DNA of 64,000 bases from Amoebidium appalachense. Its lineage: Eukaryota > Protista > Ichthyosporea. Below the pieces are notes generated by a model that was not told where the DNA came from, did no database searches, and was given only the letters and a program-made list of their open reading frames with translations. This document shows positions 63,400 to 64,000 of this stretch, in pieces. Where the stretch lies: the NCBI GenBank assembly GCA_963693365.1, contig CAVNZM010000007.1:5577962-5641961 (forward strand), given 5' to 3'. Each line of letters opens with the position of its first letter. Position 1 is the first letter of the stretch. Both the position numbers and the translations under genes were made by a program.

Positions 63400-64000
63400 T
63401 GGGGTGGGGATCAAGTATTTCAAAACGAGGGGGGGGGGGGGGGGGGGGTACCAGCAAAATAAAAAAATAAGAAAAAACTGATAACTGACGGGTAAGGTTA
63501 TTGTATAACCAGAGGGGTAAGGTTATTGTATAACCAGAGCTTGATGATTACGTGGACCTTGGTTGTGGTGACTAGTCGAAGTAAACAACGTTATTAGTAG
63601 TTCGAACTTCTAGCTACGGGCAATGGGCAATGGCACGATGGTAAAATTTAAGAAATGATAGGCATATATATATATATATACTGTATATCAACTCCTGTAA
63701 CTAAAAGGTGGGAAAAAATCACAAAGTTCTAATACCAACCCTTTTTTTTTTTTTTTTTGTACTGAAAATAATAGAGAAAACCGAGTACACGATGTTTATG
63801 TTGCCATTTATGGACATGAATAAAAATACTGTGCTGTTATTGGCTCTCCCGGCTGTCCCTTACAACCAATTAACAATCCAATCTTGCTGCCTATTTTGGG
63901 TAATGTATCATACTTTACCCCGACCCGTCGCGAACTGGCCGGGTCAGGGCCGTCGGTCGGGCTGGGTACGGGTCCGACCCGCCAGGTCAGAAAGTTGACC

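Overview
Eukaryotic genomic DNA, probably from a microbial eukaryote (the taxon cannot be fixed from the sequence). It is saturated with (C)n/(G)n, (CA)n/(TG)n and (GA)n/(TC)n tracts, so almost all ORFs in the supplied track are microsatellite artefacts. Splicing by hand recovers four intron-rich genes: a DUF5054/GH38-like glycoside hydrolase (+), an MBOAT_2 wax-synthase-like acyltransferase (-), a GH125 alpha-mannosidase (+) and mitochondrial EF-Ts (-). There is also one intronless ORF resembling a degenerate small GTPase. Mobile DNA includes two non-autonomous hAT elements with TIRs and 8-bp TSDs, a decayed LINE plus an inverted partial copy, and a perfect 9x44-bp array. Four things stand out. 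(1) An intact DIRS-type RT-RNase H-methyltransferase-like ORF stands alone with no gag or tyrosine recombinase, behind a ~500-nt hairpin-rich leader. (2) A non-coding, highly structured ~450-nt retroposon family occurs as 5'-truncated and 1.3-mer copies, always ending in, and co-oriented with, poly(C) tracts. (3) A second structured non-coding element sits in (CA)n tracts. (4) Many splice acceptors are built from (CA)n-CGTACA..AG rather than a U-rich polypyrimidine tract. Homopolymer lengths and single-base frameshifts may reflect assembly error.
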